Assembly (NCBI GenBank): GCA_907165135.1
Contig: OU015566.1
Location: 11,780,001 to 11,844,000, forward strand
DNA length: 64,000 bases
Origin: Oikopleura dioica
Taxonomy: Eukaryota > Animalia > Chordata
Direction of reading: 5' to 3'
Shown piece after piece: positions 12,401-25,672 of the stretch (the stretch's first letter is position 1; each line of letters begins with the position of its first letter). A program made the position numbers and the translations under genes. A model generated the notes under the pieces. That model worked only from the letters and a program-made list of their open reading frames with translations, did no database searches and was not told the origin of the DNA.

Positions 12401-15400
12401 TGTTGCCTCGGACTTCTTCTTTTCTTCTATGGAAAAATGGAAGTTTGCCCGAGCGATGTCAGTGATCCGATTTTGGAATGAACAATTGAGTTGGTTTAGT
12501 CTTTCTAAGGAAAGGCACAATTGAGCAGATCGAGTTCTGCTCCGGTAACTCCACTCGCTGCCTTCCGGCGCAACACACCAGCTCAAGCGCTCCAAGGTCA
12601 GAGAAAAAACGTAACTCCGACTTGCCGGAAATTCCGCCGCTTCAAAAATGTAAATAAACAATTACCATGGAGTTGAGCTCTAAGTGGAGATAGGAGAATC
12701 TTTGCGTTAGAAATAGGGGCTTGGATTTTCTAACGCGAGCTCTGAGCGCGCGCAATTCAGGCGAGGACCCTTGCATGCTCTCTTATTGGCCAACCGCCTC
12801 AAAATCTCGAAACTCCTTTCTTCAGAATTGCCAGATTCTTCTGAAGCGCCCAACACGAGCGAGGAGAATTTTCTAGACTTCCCCGAGAGGCCTAGTGAGA
12901 GTGATCTGCGCGGGAAACGGGGAAGGAGACCCGGGGGCTTTCTCCACTCATAGTTCAACTCTATGGTAACTCTCCCTTTTTTGGAACTCGCTACTACTTA
13001 ACAATGTTGCGAGTTTCTTGCGAAATTGGATGAGTGTCCGGCAGTTTGGAAAGCTGCTGCATATTTCACCGGTTTTCCCACGGACGGAGGAGTTGACTAA
13101 AACTGATAAAGTCTGGCTCTCAGGCTCGGTCCGACTTCTTTTTTTCTCATCGGAATGTCGCCACGGATTCTCAATTCTGCCACATCCCATAAAGTAGGAA
13201 CTTATGATTAGATTAGTGGGTAATGCTCATTTTCTTGACTTCTAAGACTTTTTGAACAAACGTTAATTAGGTGACACCCATAATTTTTCTGCAATTTTTT
13301 ACCTTTTATTTAGTTCCGATGAAATATTTTTAGAGTTAATCTAAATATTTTCGGTGAATATGAAAGGAATGAAAAAAGCTTTTACGATTAATTTTCAAAA
13401 CATCCATTTTTGATCTCTCTAAAATCGGCGCTCTTTCTAATTTTCAAGTGCGTGCCTAGACAAGCGTCCCCGTCGGAAACTCAGAGTAGTGCCGTGTGCC
13501 TAACAAAGACCGCTTCTTTTCTGGGATACACTAACCCCTGCCGGTCATTGTGTGCCTCGCCCGTTGCTTACTCGCGGAAATACCTCTCCGACTTTTTTCT
13601 TCATTTTCATGGTCGTTAATTCACAAGAGATACCGACGGCTACGAGGCAAGAAAGCGAAATAAACTTCTAGGTGGGTTTCAAGGTTCTTTTTATTATCTT
13701 TATAATTCTCCAGTTTTTCATTTAATTCTTCAAAAATGGTGAAAATTGCGGTGTTAAATGTTGGGTCAGATTTTACTAAATTTTCCGTCGAAACAAACTA
13801 CCGGATTTGTGGCATAAATCCACCCCTAAGTCGGTTAAAATTATCGGACATGAGGCGGGCGCGTTGCCAATCCCCGATAACGTCATTTAAAAAAGTACCA
13901 CCACGCACGTGACCGGCTAATCCCCGGGAAAACCTGCGTCGATGACCCCACGGGTTAAGGAGAGGTTTGTCAAATTATCAGATTGAGAATCGGCCATTCG
14001 CAGAATCAATCTCGCGAAATTAAAAAAGACGGTCGCTGGGCCGGGAACAGTCCTCCTTTTCAATTAATTTTCGAAATGGATTAAAATCAAAAAATGTTAA
14101 TTAACTTTCGGAACGGAGTCGGTCACGAGCCAGCTACTGTAAGCAGCTACAGGGAGGCTGCCCCAAATTGAATTTGATCTCGATAAATCTCCGCCCCGGT
14201 TTATTTGGCGGGAGTGTCGCCGCCAAGAAGAAGAAACCACAGACTAGTTAAAGCTAAGTTATCGGATGATTACGTTTTCGGATTATTTATTTTCGTGAAT
14301 GAACTCGCCGCACATCATAAAAATTTGATAGTCGGACTCGCCACCGAATTATCCATCGTCGGACTTAATATTTGCTCCATTGTCATGGGAGACCGGCCTG
14401 GCAGAGATGATCAAGTGAATTATTCACCAGATGAAAGAGTTTTTCCGTAAGTTGTCGTTTTAAATTAGAAGTTTTTTCATAAAATTAAGTATTTTTTATT
14501 TGATGAATTATTCGTTTTTGCCCTTCCCTGGACAGAAAAAACCTCGGTTATCTCGTTCTCACTGGCCGGAAAGTTGATGACTCTTGAGTCGTTGAGCCAG
14601 AAGCCAAATCAAACAACCTTTAGTCTTCATCACTCCGTCGATTTTCGCCCCCTCTTGAAATAGCCTCGACTGTACCCGACAGCGCGGTACAGTGTGTGTG
14701 TGCGGCGAGCGGTAGAAATTTACGCCGACGAGTTTAAATCTGACAGGCCCGGCTGCGTGCCTTGAGCCTTGGGCACACATCCGCGCCATAAAACTGCCGA
14801 AAAGACCGATTTCGCGTCGCCAGAAAAAAACGCGGCAGACGAATCGAACGCCCCGGCGGGCAGAATAAGCCCAGCTTTTTCACCGACACATCTCCAACCG
14901 TGTTTTTGTTCTTTTCTTGCCCTTTTCATTTTATTAAGGGCCGGCTGTGTGTTCCCGGCGCATTCAAACTCTAAGAAATCAGATTTAATTTTCCAAAGAC
15001 GGTTTTAAATTGTGGATTTTCAAGAGGTTTAGCAAATTTGTGTGTATTGGCATCGGTTTCCGTTTTTTCAAAAAGGTGAATCATATTTCCGGTTTTGTTA
15101 TTTTAAAAATTTGTTTTCGGTTTAGGGGAAGCGGATGAAACTAAAGGTACCAGCGAGAATTGAGAGATCTACTTATCCCCTGGCAGCTTCGTGCTAATCC
15201 CCAGCGGTAAAGTTAGGCACACACCCGGCGGTCTGTCTTGGCCAGTGCCGACCTGTGACTTGCCCGAAAGTGGGTGCAAAGCCTGCCTGTGACTTGTTCC
15301 CTCTTTCGCAGGAGTGCGTTATCAGCTGCAGCAGCTTTTAGTTGAAGAGAGAGAGAAGCAGTCTTTTTTGTTCTTTTCGAAGCGCGCCGACTGACCCTGA

Positions 15401-17757
15401 CGGGCTTCCCGGGCATTCTCATTGTTGACTTAGAGAGCAAAATACTCGGTAAATAGTAGTTTTACCTTGTTGGGCACACGGCGTCGGCTAAATCCACTTA
15501 GAGAGAAGAGTTCAAATTCGCGCTCGCTCGACCTTGGCCACCTTTTCAAAGCGCCGAGATTTAACAAAGGTGACATTTTCCAAACAGAAAACCGGCAATT
15601 TATCGGACATTTTTTCACACATTTTTCCATTTTTTGATTAATTTTAGGACTCTCAACTGATTAGTATGTCATGTCCGATTTGAATATCTAATCCTTTTTT
15701 TTTTACTTTTTGATAATTAAAAAAATATGAAAGAAATTCTTGACCTTGTCCTAAAGTTTGTCCTAGAGACAGATTTTCTATCATCCGCGATATAAAATTA
15801 TTTATTAATGCGAGCCCGTTAAACCGACTTTTTATTACGGGCCTAATTCATCAGCTGAATTTTATGCCCGTTTCTGTTGACTCCAATTGTCCGCTTTTCA
15901 CGTGTGTCCCTTATTGTTTTCAAGAGCGTAAAACATCTTCCGTCTTTTCGGAAATGACTGCCGGGCGCATTCAGATTTTGAAATAGAGACCGCTTGAAAA
16001 AAAGACACGTTGGAAATTTGTCGGATTCCGATATCCGAGTAAATGATTAACTCATTGGTGGGTAAATACGCATGCGGCGCAAATACCAGAGTCGGAAGCA
16101 GCTCCAGTATTTATTAGAGAACGAGCCGGCCATTTTAGATCGGGCCAGTTTTTTCGCTGGTAATGAGGTAAATTTTTAACCTTGAATTTTGAAGAACAAA
16201 TTTGTACTTCGTTTACATGCCCTTGTCACATACTAGCCAATATTCAAGTATCCTAGAACCTTTTTCTATCTATTTAACCCCTTTTCATACCATGACCAAT
16301 TATTTGGTTTTTCGAAATCACGTCATTTTAATGCATTTATTGGTCTTTTTTTCTTTGAAAAATTATTTCAAGTTCTCTGTCTGATAATTTTGCACTGCGG
16401 AAATCTCCGGACCTGAATCCAATCTCAAGCTAATGGCGTTCGCCGGCGTTCAATTTCAAGTAATCGGACATTAAGCGGACAAATTCTCGGTTCGTGTTCT
16501 CCTTCTTGACTTTTCCAACATCCCAAAACTCCGAGATATTTTTAAGAAGAGCGGGAAAAATATTCAGCAGACGGCGGAAAAACAAGAGAGCTACGCCCTT
16601 GACCAGCTCTCGGAAGACTTTAAGAGTTAGTCCTTGAATACTGGAGTTTTTGATAAGCTAGAGCCGATTCTTTTTTCTTCAAAAAGCCGCTTGCGGCTTT
16701 TCGCTAAAATTAATTAAATTTTCATTATTTTTTTTTATTTTTATGAAGAGTGGTTGTGGAAACTAGGATGTAAATCATGTGTGGGAGAAAAAATGTTACG
16801 ATTAGAATTAAACTGATAAGGGAGGGCCTAATTCGTGATTACCGGTAATTGGGTGTTATCAAAATTGGCTTGTTGGTGGTGTTAGCGGGGTGTTGCGCGC
16901 GTGGGGATTCGGCGACATTACCATAAAATATTTGGAGCACTTCGTAAGGTGCCGGCGGAGTTACTAGCCCGGCGACCGGTTTTACGGTGCTGGTGGCGGT
17001 GCTCCTCGACGCCGCGTACAGCCCCATATATCAATTTGATGGCTGGGGACTAGTGCGGTGGCCGCTAAACCGACGTCTTTTTGGCGCTGCGCGTAAAAAC
17101 GAAACAATTACAAGAGCTGGTGTAGTAGAAAAGATGGGGGTGGTAGTAGTACGCTGCTTGCTCCGCCGCCAAATATAGGGGTGCTCCGATCCGACGGCCG
17201 ATTCTGCTTGCGGCGCTCTCTACTGCCGTGACCGTAATTGTACCAGATTTTTCCCCGGACGAGGCAGCACCACTGGCGGTGGAGCACCGCCACCCGTATT
17301 TTCACCGTAAACAGTCACCACCGCTACAAAAGTACGGAGGGACCTAACCCGCGGCTAAACCGCCGATTTCTGCGGCAGGACCGAAACCCCCCAAGGCCTC
17401 CGCCAGCCCAGCCCCTTCTACTCATCGAGACAATGTTATTTTTTCAAATTACTTCTCAAGAGACCATATTCTAGAGCTAGCCGACGCCCCTCAGTGAAAC
17501 AATCGGTCAAACAACCGGTAAAGTAGATGAATTCACCAAGTGTCATTTTTTAACCTTAGAAGTTCACATCTGGTGCAATTTTGAGTAGCCCGATAAGTCG
17601 GTGAAATTGCCGGACATGTCACGGTAAAACCGCTGAGCAAACACAGCTAAAGCTGCCCTTTTCAGAGATAATTTTCTCCTCGAGCCCCGGAGCCCAGCGC
17701 TAGAAATATTAAGAAGAGAATTAAACGATTTTTTTCAGAGAGAAAACGACACTGAAA

Positions 17758-20700
17758 ATGTCGGACGTCTCATCAGGCTTGTCCGTTCACAGCACAGCTG
17801 CGTCCCTTCTGAACCTTCAAACAGCTGCAGCCGCGGCCGCCAGCGCCACTGGTAACTTCTCGGGGTCAATGTCAGCTTCTGTGACCCCGTCTATGTCGCC
17901 CAACGTGTCCGAGAGCAACCAAACAAGCTCCTCGTCGCCAAGCCGCTCGTCCATCAATCAGGCATGGGAATCGGAACCTTCTTTCTTTGGCGCCATGCCA
18001 CTGTCTTGATTCGGATAAGCTAAACTGTTCTCTTTTGTGGAACTTCCTTTTACACGTTTTTGCCCTTTGAAACTCAGAATTTCGTAAACTGATCAACACC
18101 AACTGATCTCGCGAAATCTTTAAAATTAGCTCATCAATTGAGCTCTAATGCGCACTAATCCAGTTAGATCATTCACGCCACGTGAGTAATTGAACCTTTC
18201 CGATCCTTGTAAGACACCACCTCCGCCAGCAGCAGTAACCACAGGCAGCCCGGCTTCGACAACAGTCAAAACAGAAGCGAAAGAGCCAAGCAACGGAAAT
18301 GGGACGTCACAAATGTCAGCAGTGGCACAACAGAATGACTACTTCCGAAATTGCAATGTCCCGAATTTGATCAATAAATGGAGAAGGAGACACGCATGGT
18401 TGTTTCTCAAAGAGGGGAAGATGTTTTGCCAGGTAATAATCAACACCATAAATTCTCAAAAAACTTAAATTGTGTGTATTTTGAAGGCTTTATTTTCTTG
18501 GGAAATACTGTATTTCAAATACAGTATAGACAGTAGAAGCCACCATTCACTAACATTAGCAGATGAATATAAATAGCAGTAACTACCAGCATCAATAAGC
18601 ACACTTTGATTAAATAACATGAATTTCCAATCAGTGAGATGATCCGGGCGCGATATCAAAGCGCCCGGTCGTTTATTGAATCATGTCACCTGAGTCCCCC
18701 GATGGCCGATGACAGTAATCGGTTTCACCGGCGGCCCGAAGTTCGCGCTAACTAGAAATTGCTCGAATCTAATCATAGGGCTTTCTGTCCTTGGCGGGAA
18801 TAACCGGCAGTTAGGGGCGTGGTTTTCGGATTGACTAACTGGTATTTATAGGCCTGCATCGACTTCAAGGCCGTTGCCAAGCGTTATGGTCGCTGTGACG
18901 AAAGAAATAAGGTAAGCCTCAGTCAAAGTCATTTCAAGAGTTTTATTCTGAAAAATTATTTCAATTCATGAATTCTGAAAATTCATTCAAAAATGGCCTC
19001 AGCACCGGCAAAATTTATTCAAGAGCAAATAGCTCGAAGTCGGCAGCGGAAGTAGAAAAAATATCGCCCTGGTAGCGAATCGAAAATGTCTAGGAAAGCT
19101 TCGTCAGTTGGTACTGTCAGTTTTGAGCTTTATGAAACTCCTTTGAAATGTCAATTATCTAAACATACATTATTCTTTCCTTCAATGACTAATGTGATTT
19201 TTTAGTTCTGCAACGAAGGCAGTACAAATTTCCGCTCCTCAGCGGTAGAAGACCATGCTCGATCAGAAACGCATCTTCGCGCAGTTCGAGCAACGACTCA
19301 GCAACCGAACCCAAATGTAAGTGCCAAAGCGGTCGCCGAAGCGGCCGGCTTGCTTCAAAGCAGCACAACGCCCGTCAAAGGCGCCAGTAATCCGCCAGTT
19401 ACATCAGCAAATTCCCCTCTCAGTAAAAAAGTAAGAATCGCTCTCTCGAAAGAGATTTGGTGTCATCTCGGTGATTTTTCAATTTTTAGAATCTGTTAAA
19501 TTTTGCTCGCAGTTTTTATCAAATTTTCCTCTCTTTTGGTGAAAAAACCTTTAATGAAAACATTTTCAAACGTGAACTCTTAGTTCGACGGTCTGAACTC
19601 GATGGTTGAAGAGTCCCAAGCATTCCCGTCGTTCACGTCGCCTGGACGGCCAACAATGGTCCCACGCTCCACGATTTTAGAACGCAACCGCCCGCTCGGC
19701 ATTCCGGACGTGTTCGACATGCCAGACCTGCAAAACGACGTCATCGGCCGCGGAACTGGTTCGCCCCATACGCGCCCGACTCCATCGCCCCTCGCCGCCG
19801 CCGCCAATGCCGCTGCTGCTGGGGCCGCGGCTGGTGTCGGCGAACAACCAGATGTAAGTACAACAATATTGGCGGTCAAAATATTTTGAGTGGAAACAAT
19901 GGAATTGAAACTGATTAGAACAAGATGTTTTTATAAAATAGAACTTACAAGTAATTTTTCGAGGAAAAAGAGTAGACACTAAGAATCTGATGAATTTTCT
20001 CTTTGAGTTAAGATACAGACACCCTTATTTTTGAAAAATTAAGTGGCCAATAAAATTCTTTTAATCAAAGTAATTGTGGAAATTTCAAACATGAAAATCG
20101 GATCCCCCTAGCTCCCGCCTCAAATTCATGTTGAGCGGTAGTGCTCACCATGTAAAAGCAGGGGCTTGTGTGGAATTAAAAGCATGGAAATGATTTTCAC
20201 CTTTAGAGCGAAATGTGGAAATATGCGCTAGAAATTCTGCGGCGACTTCGACAGCAAAGATCTCAAGGAATTCTTTGTGACGTGTGGATTCGATACCCAA
20301 ACAGACAGTTTCAAGCGCACAAGGCCTTTCTCAGTGCGGCTAGGTAAGCAAAAACTAGTGCTAGAATCCTCTAATCTTCTGTTTTAGCCCTGTTTTGGCC
20401 GAAAGACTGGAGCTTGACAGCGTGCAAAAGAACATTTCCGAAATCGAAGTCCACGAAATCAAGCCTCAAATCTTCCAGCAAGTCCTTGGTAAAAATATTT
20501 TAGAAAGCCCGGTTTTTCACCGAAAAGTTTAGACTACATTTACTCCGGTGAAATTCCAGCTGAAGATAACAACGGCGACCTTCTTAGTGCTGCCAAGTTT
20601 TTGAAAATGTCGGATCTCGAAGAACGCCTCAAGCGACTTGACGAGTCCCAGCGTCAAACGCAGCTGATGGCCGCCATCTTTGGAAACAGCAATCGAAAGC

Positions 20701-21264
20701 GAAAGAGGCCGACGCCACAGTCTCGCAAGGCTCAAGCTTCATTGCTCAATGGTTTGAAAAACGGCTTGTTGGAGAATTTTGATGCTTCCAAAATCGACCC
20801 CCAGACGCTGATGGAAATGGCAGCGGCGACGGCCAATGCCGCGGCGCAGGAACCGCTGGATGTGAAAATTGAAGAAGTTGATTCTTTCGAAGACGATGAA
20901 GGATGCGCTACTCCTCCTAAGATCCCAAAGTCCTCTACCCCTCCTGCTGTGGATCATCAAGTCAAGGTTGAGCCTACTGTTTCTCCACCAACCGGAAGCA
21001 GTAGAAGAAAAGGCGCATCAAAGGTAAATACGCATTTTCCGCAACCGACAATCAAAATCCGGACCGGACCGCAAATTGCGATTGGTCAAGTTCAAAAATT
21101 TTCAAAAAGAATGCCGCAAATCTTGAATCACAAGAATTTTTGCTTTGAAATTAACATTTTTGTAGCGCATTGCTCCGATCGCCGCGAAGGACGAGCCGCT
21201 TGAAGGCGTCGAAGAATGGCTTTCGGGCGCTAGAAATGGCATGACTGTCGAGCCAGGAGTGTGA
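17758..21264 (+). CDS. Putative transcription regulator: hAT/TTF-type zinc finger plus internal BTB/POZ domain, about 10 exons
   Basis: Spliced zinc finger WRRRHAWLFLKEGKMFCQAC...FCNEGSTNFRSSAVEDHARSETH; BTB LRQQRSQGILCDVWI...FQAHKAFLSAASP...FQQVLDYIYSGEI...LLSAAKFLKM; basic NLS-like RKRKR. Confidence 0.85.
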
Positions 21265-22894
21265 GTTTTCAATTTTGCCAAACAGAAGAAGACAAAAAAG
21301 ATGTAAATTCGCGATTCTGCCCAAACTGCTCACAGACTCAAACCTAACTCAAAGTTGACCAAAAAAGTGTTATTTATTTCCGGCAAAGTCAAGTTTGCTG
21401 CCCATACAACTTATGGCCTTCAAAATATTACAAGAGTCAATCCGGATCAAGGGAACTCTTCTCTCTCTCTGTATATTTTTATATTTAACCTAATCTACTT
21501 TTACGCAAACTTGAAGATATTCTAACCAGAGCCCCAGTTTTCCAAAGCCACAGTACAAAAACCATAGAATCAAGCCCCAAAAGATAATTGATCATTTTCA
21601 TGAACATTTTGGCAAAACAAAGTTTAGTCGATTTGCCATGAAAATGACCAGTTTGCTTGACGGATTAAATTATCGCTAACAAATTCGTTACCATTCAGAA
21701 TAATACAGTGACAAAACCTCCTGCTACTGATTGATATTACTGAGATCCACTGTACTGTGCTCAAGCCTTCCTGCCAGATCACTACCTCGATTTCTTCCAA
21801 ACTTTCAATTGAATATTAATTATTTAAAAAATAATTAAACTAATAATATTTTAATGCCAATAGCTCAAAACAGTTGCCATTATGAAAAAACACAATTTTT
21901 CCGTGCTAAAATGATGTAGATCTATCTATCTTGCAGTAACATACTACTTTTATTTATATTATAAAAATTATTTATCCAGTGTACAAAATTAAGAAATATA
22001 AAGCAGTGTGCCTTTATCGCGTCTTGTGTGCCTAAGACTGAACCCTGTCCAAACCTTTTCTTTTGTACAAATAAAGTTCAAGTCTATTTAAAATGTCTCT
22101 CATTGCTTTATTATCTGGGTTTTAACCTGATCGCGTATTTCGACCAATATTTTGGCAGGGCAGATTTTATCCTTTGTTGAGGCCATATTTTTGACAAAAG
22201 TCTTGTTAGGTTTGAATAAAGTGCCATGGAGCGTAAAAAGCAGCTTGTTATCTACAGTAATTAGCAGTTATTACATAAACAAGAGTTTATGCATGTCGCA
22301 GTTGACCTGTTGCCTTGTTCTAGCTCGAGTGGTAGTACTTATGTGCGATTACGTGAGTCCCTTGGCGGAGTGTGCGTGTTTGGGCGCGCTTGAGCACCAC
22401 CAGCACCACCACAGCGCGCCGCCTACTGAAGCGCAAAAAAGCACCACTTGGTACAACACCCAAACTGACAAATACAAAGAGAAAAGAAATTTAAAAGAGA
22501 ACCGCTTTGAAAAGCAGGATGAACAGCTCGTTCAGCTGGCTGAAGTCTTTTGAAAATTCTACGGCCATCTTTCAAGCTGGAAATCTTGCATTTTTATACT
22601 CGACAATTATCTGTGTATATTTTCCTCAATAAAATCAAGAGTTTTCTGCAAAATTATTGAGTTTCCCCGGCGACAGACAAAAGCAATTTTGTAGGAAAAT
22701 TCCGGCGATCCTACGATAGGATTAAGACCCGCTTGTTCTTTTATTGCGGTTCAAGAACTAACACCAAACTGCCGGATTCTCTTGATTTACAGAATAGCAC
22801 CATATGTGCTGGTTCCAACTTGACAATCGAAAATGCTTCCGGATCAACAAGCCGATTGTTGAGAAACTGTATAAAACTGCCTGAAAATTTCCGA

Positions 22895-24014
<1,120 letters not shown>

Positions 24015-24135
24015 ACAATTCGTTATCTGAACTTCAGAGTCTGCAGTGAATATTATTTTTTCTTTTTTGCAAATCAACACGTTTGTTTTTATATAAAATA
24101 GATAAATTGTCATAAGTCAGATAGAAAAAGGCCAG

Positions 24136-24226
24136 TTAGTTAATGAGCATGTTGTTCTTGTTGCAATATCCTCGTTGTCAAGTGATCTTGTCGTTGTGAT
24201 CAAGCGGTAGATAATGTTGTACTACG
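24136..24226 (-). pseudogene. Degenerate duplicated fragment of the PA28 last exon
   Basis: Matches ~25673-25770 with substitutions and a short deletion. Confidence 0.85.
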
Positions 24227-24492
24227 AAAAAAATTTCTGTAAAATTATTGAGTCCCCTGGCGACAGATAAAACAAATTTGTGTGAAAAATTCCGGCGATC
24301 CTACGATAGGATTATGACCCGCTTCTTCTATTATTGCGGTTTAATAACAAACACCAGTTGGCGGCATTCCTCCATTAAGAATGGCGTCAGATAAATTGGT
24401 TTCAACTTAACAAAAGCAAATGTTTCCGGATCAACAAATCGATTGTTGAAAAACTATATAAAACTGGCGGAAAATTATCGAGGAATGAAAGA

Positions 24493-25589
24493 ATGATAAA
24501 ATTTGTTGCATTTTTATTTGGACTTTCCGTCCAGGCTAACAATAGCTTCAACTCGAGCCTTCAAACCTGCACCCACGAGTCAAATTACGGTTATTTCTCT
24601 CAAGATGCAACTTTGAGGATTGCTGGTGGAATACCTGTAGAAGAAAACCAGTGGCCTTTTATCGTCCAGCTTGCTTCTTTCGTAGACGTCGGAAACTCTT
24701 CCGAAGTCAAGGATTACTGCGGAGGAACTATTGTTGACGACTACTGGGTTCTTACGTATGATTTTTTTATAGCGATTTTTTACGGAAAATTTGAAGTGCT
24801 GCACATTGCTGTGATGGATCGGATAGAATCGTTGGCACTTTCAGTAATCTGGTGTTGAATGTTAACTTAACTATTGAAGAGACCCCAGGCGAGTATAACT
24901 TGACAACAGACTACTGGATAAAGCATCCACAATACAGGAAAAGTTTTATACCAGAGACTGAAAAAATTTTCATTCAATTTTGAAATAACTCAATAATAAG
25001 TGCAGAGACTAAGGATTTCAATCTTTGTTTAATCAAGTTTGAGGAGAATATCATCGAAGAAGACCCAGAAAACGATGTTCGAATGGCATGTCTTACAGAC
25101 GTGGTCCCAAGTGATGGATCTAAATGTTGGATCGCAGGCTGGGGAGGAGAAAATGCGGGCGATTTTATGGCGGATACTTTGCAACAAGCGAGCGTTACTA
25201 TTTTGGAAAGAAACTACTGCTTGGATAGTTCGGGTTATCTACCTCCAGAACTTGGACCAGATATGATCTGCGTTGGAAAACTTGATAATGACGAAGACGG
25301 CGCTGCCGACGGTGGTGTGAATTCTTGCCGAGGAGACTGGGGAGGACCACTAATTTGCGACATCGAAGGGAGAGCAGCACTTGTTGGCGTTGCTTCTTGG
25401 GGAAATGGATGCGCTTTGGAAGGATTCCCCAGCATCTATTCATTAGCAGCTCATCCCGACTCATACAAATGGATAAGAGAGACTGTCGAACCTGCTTTGA
25501 TAACAACTACAACAACCACAACTACAGCTTCAAACGATCAAACCTTGACATTCAATGTTATCCTTCTGATCCTGATGCTATTTCGATAA
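24493..25589 (+). CDS. Serine protease homologue copy 2, predicted catalytically inactive, probable GPI anchor
   Basis: IAGG and LTAAHC retained; catalytic Asp changed to Asn (DFNLCL) and Ser to Trp (GDWGGPL); the frame is open through two introns. Confidence 0.85.
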
Positions 25590-25672
25590 TTTTAAAATCA
25601 TTCTCGCAAGTCAACACGTTTGTTTTTGTATAAAATAGATATATTGTCATTAGTCAGAAAGAAAAAGACCAG

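Noticed and set aside
10887-17474. Many 60-145 aa ORFs in the large intergenic block
   Set aside because: No domain motifs, coding-like composition or consistent splice structure.
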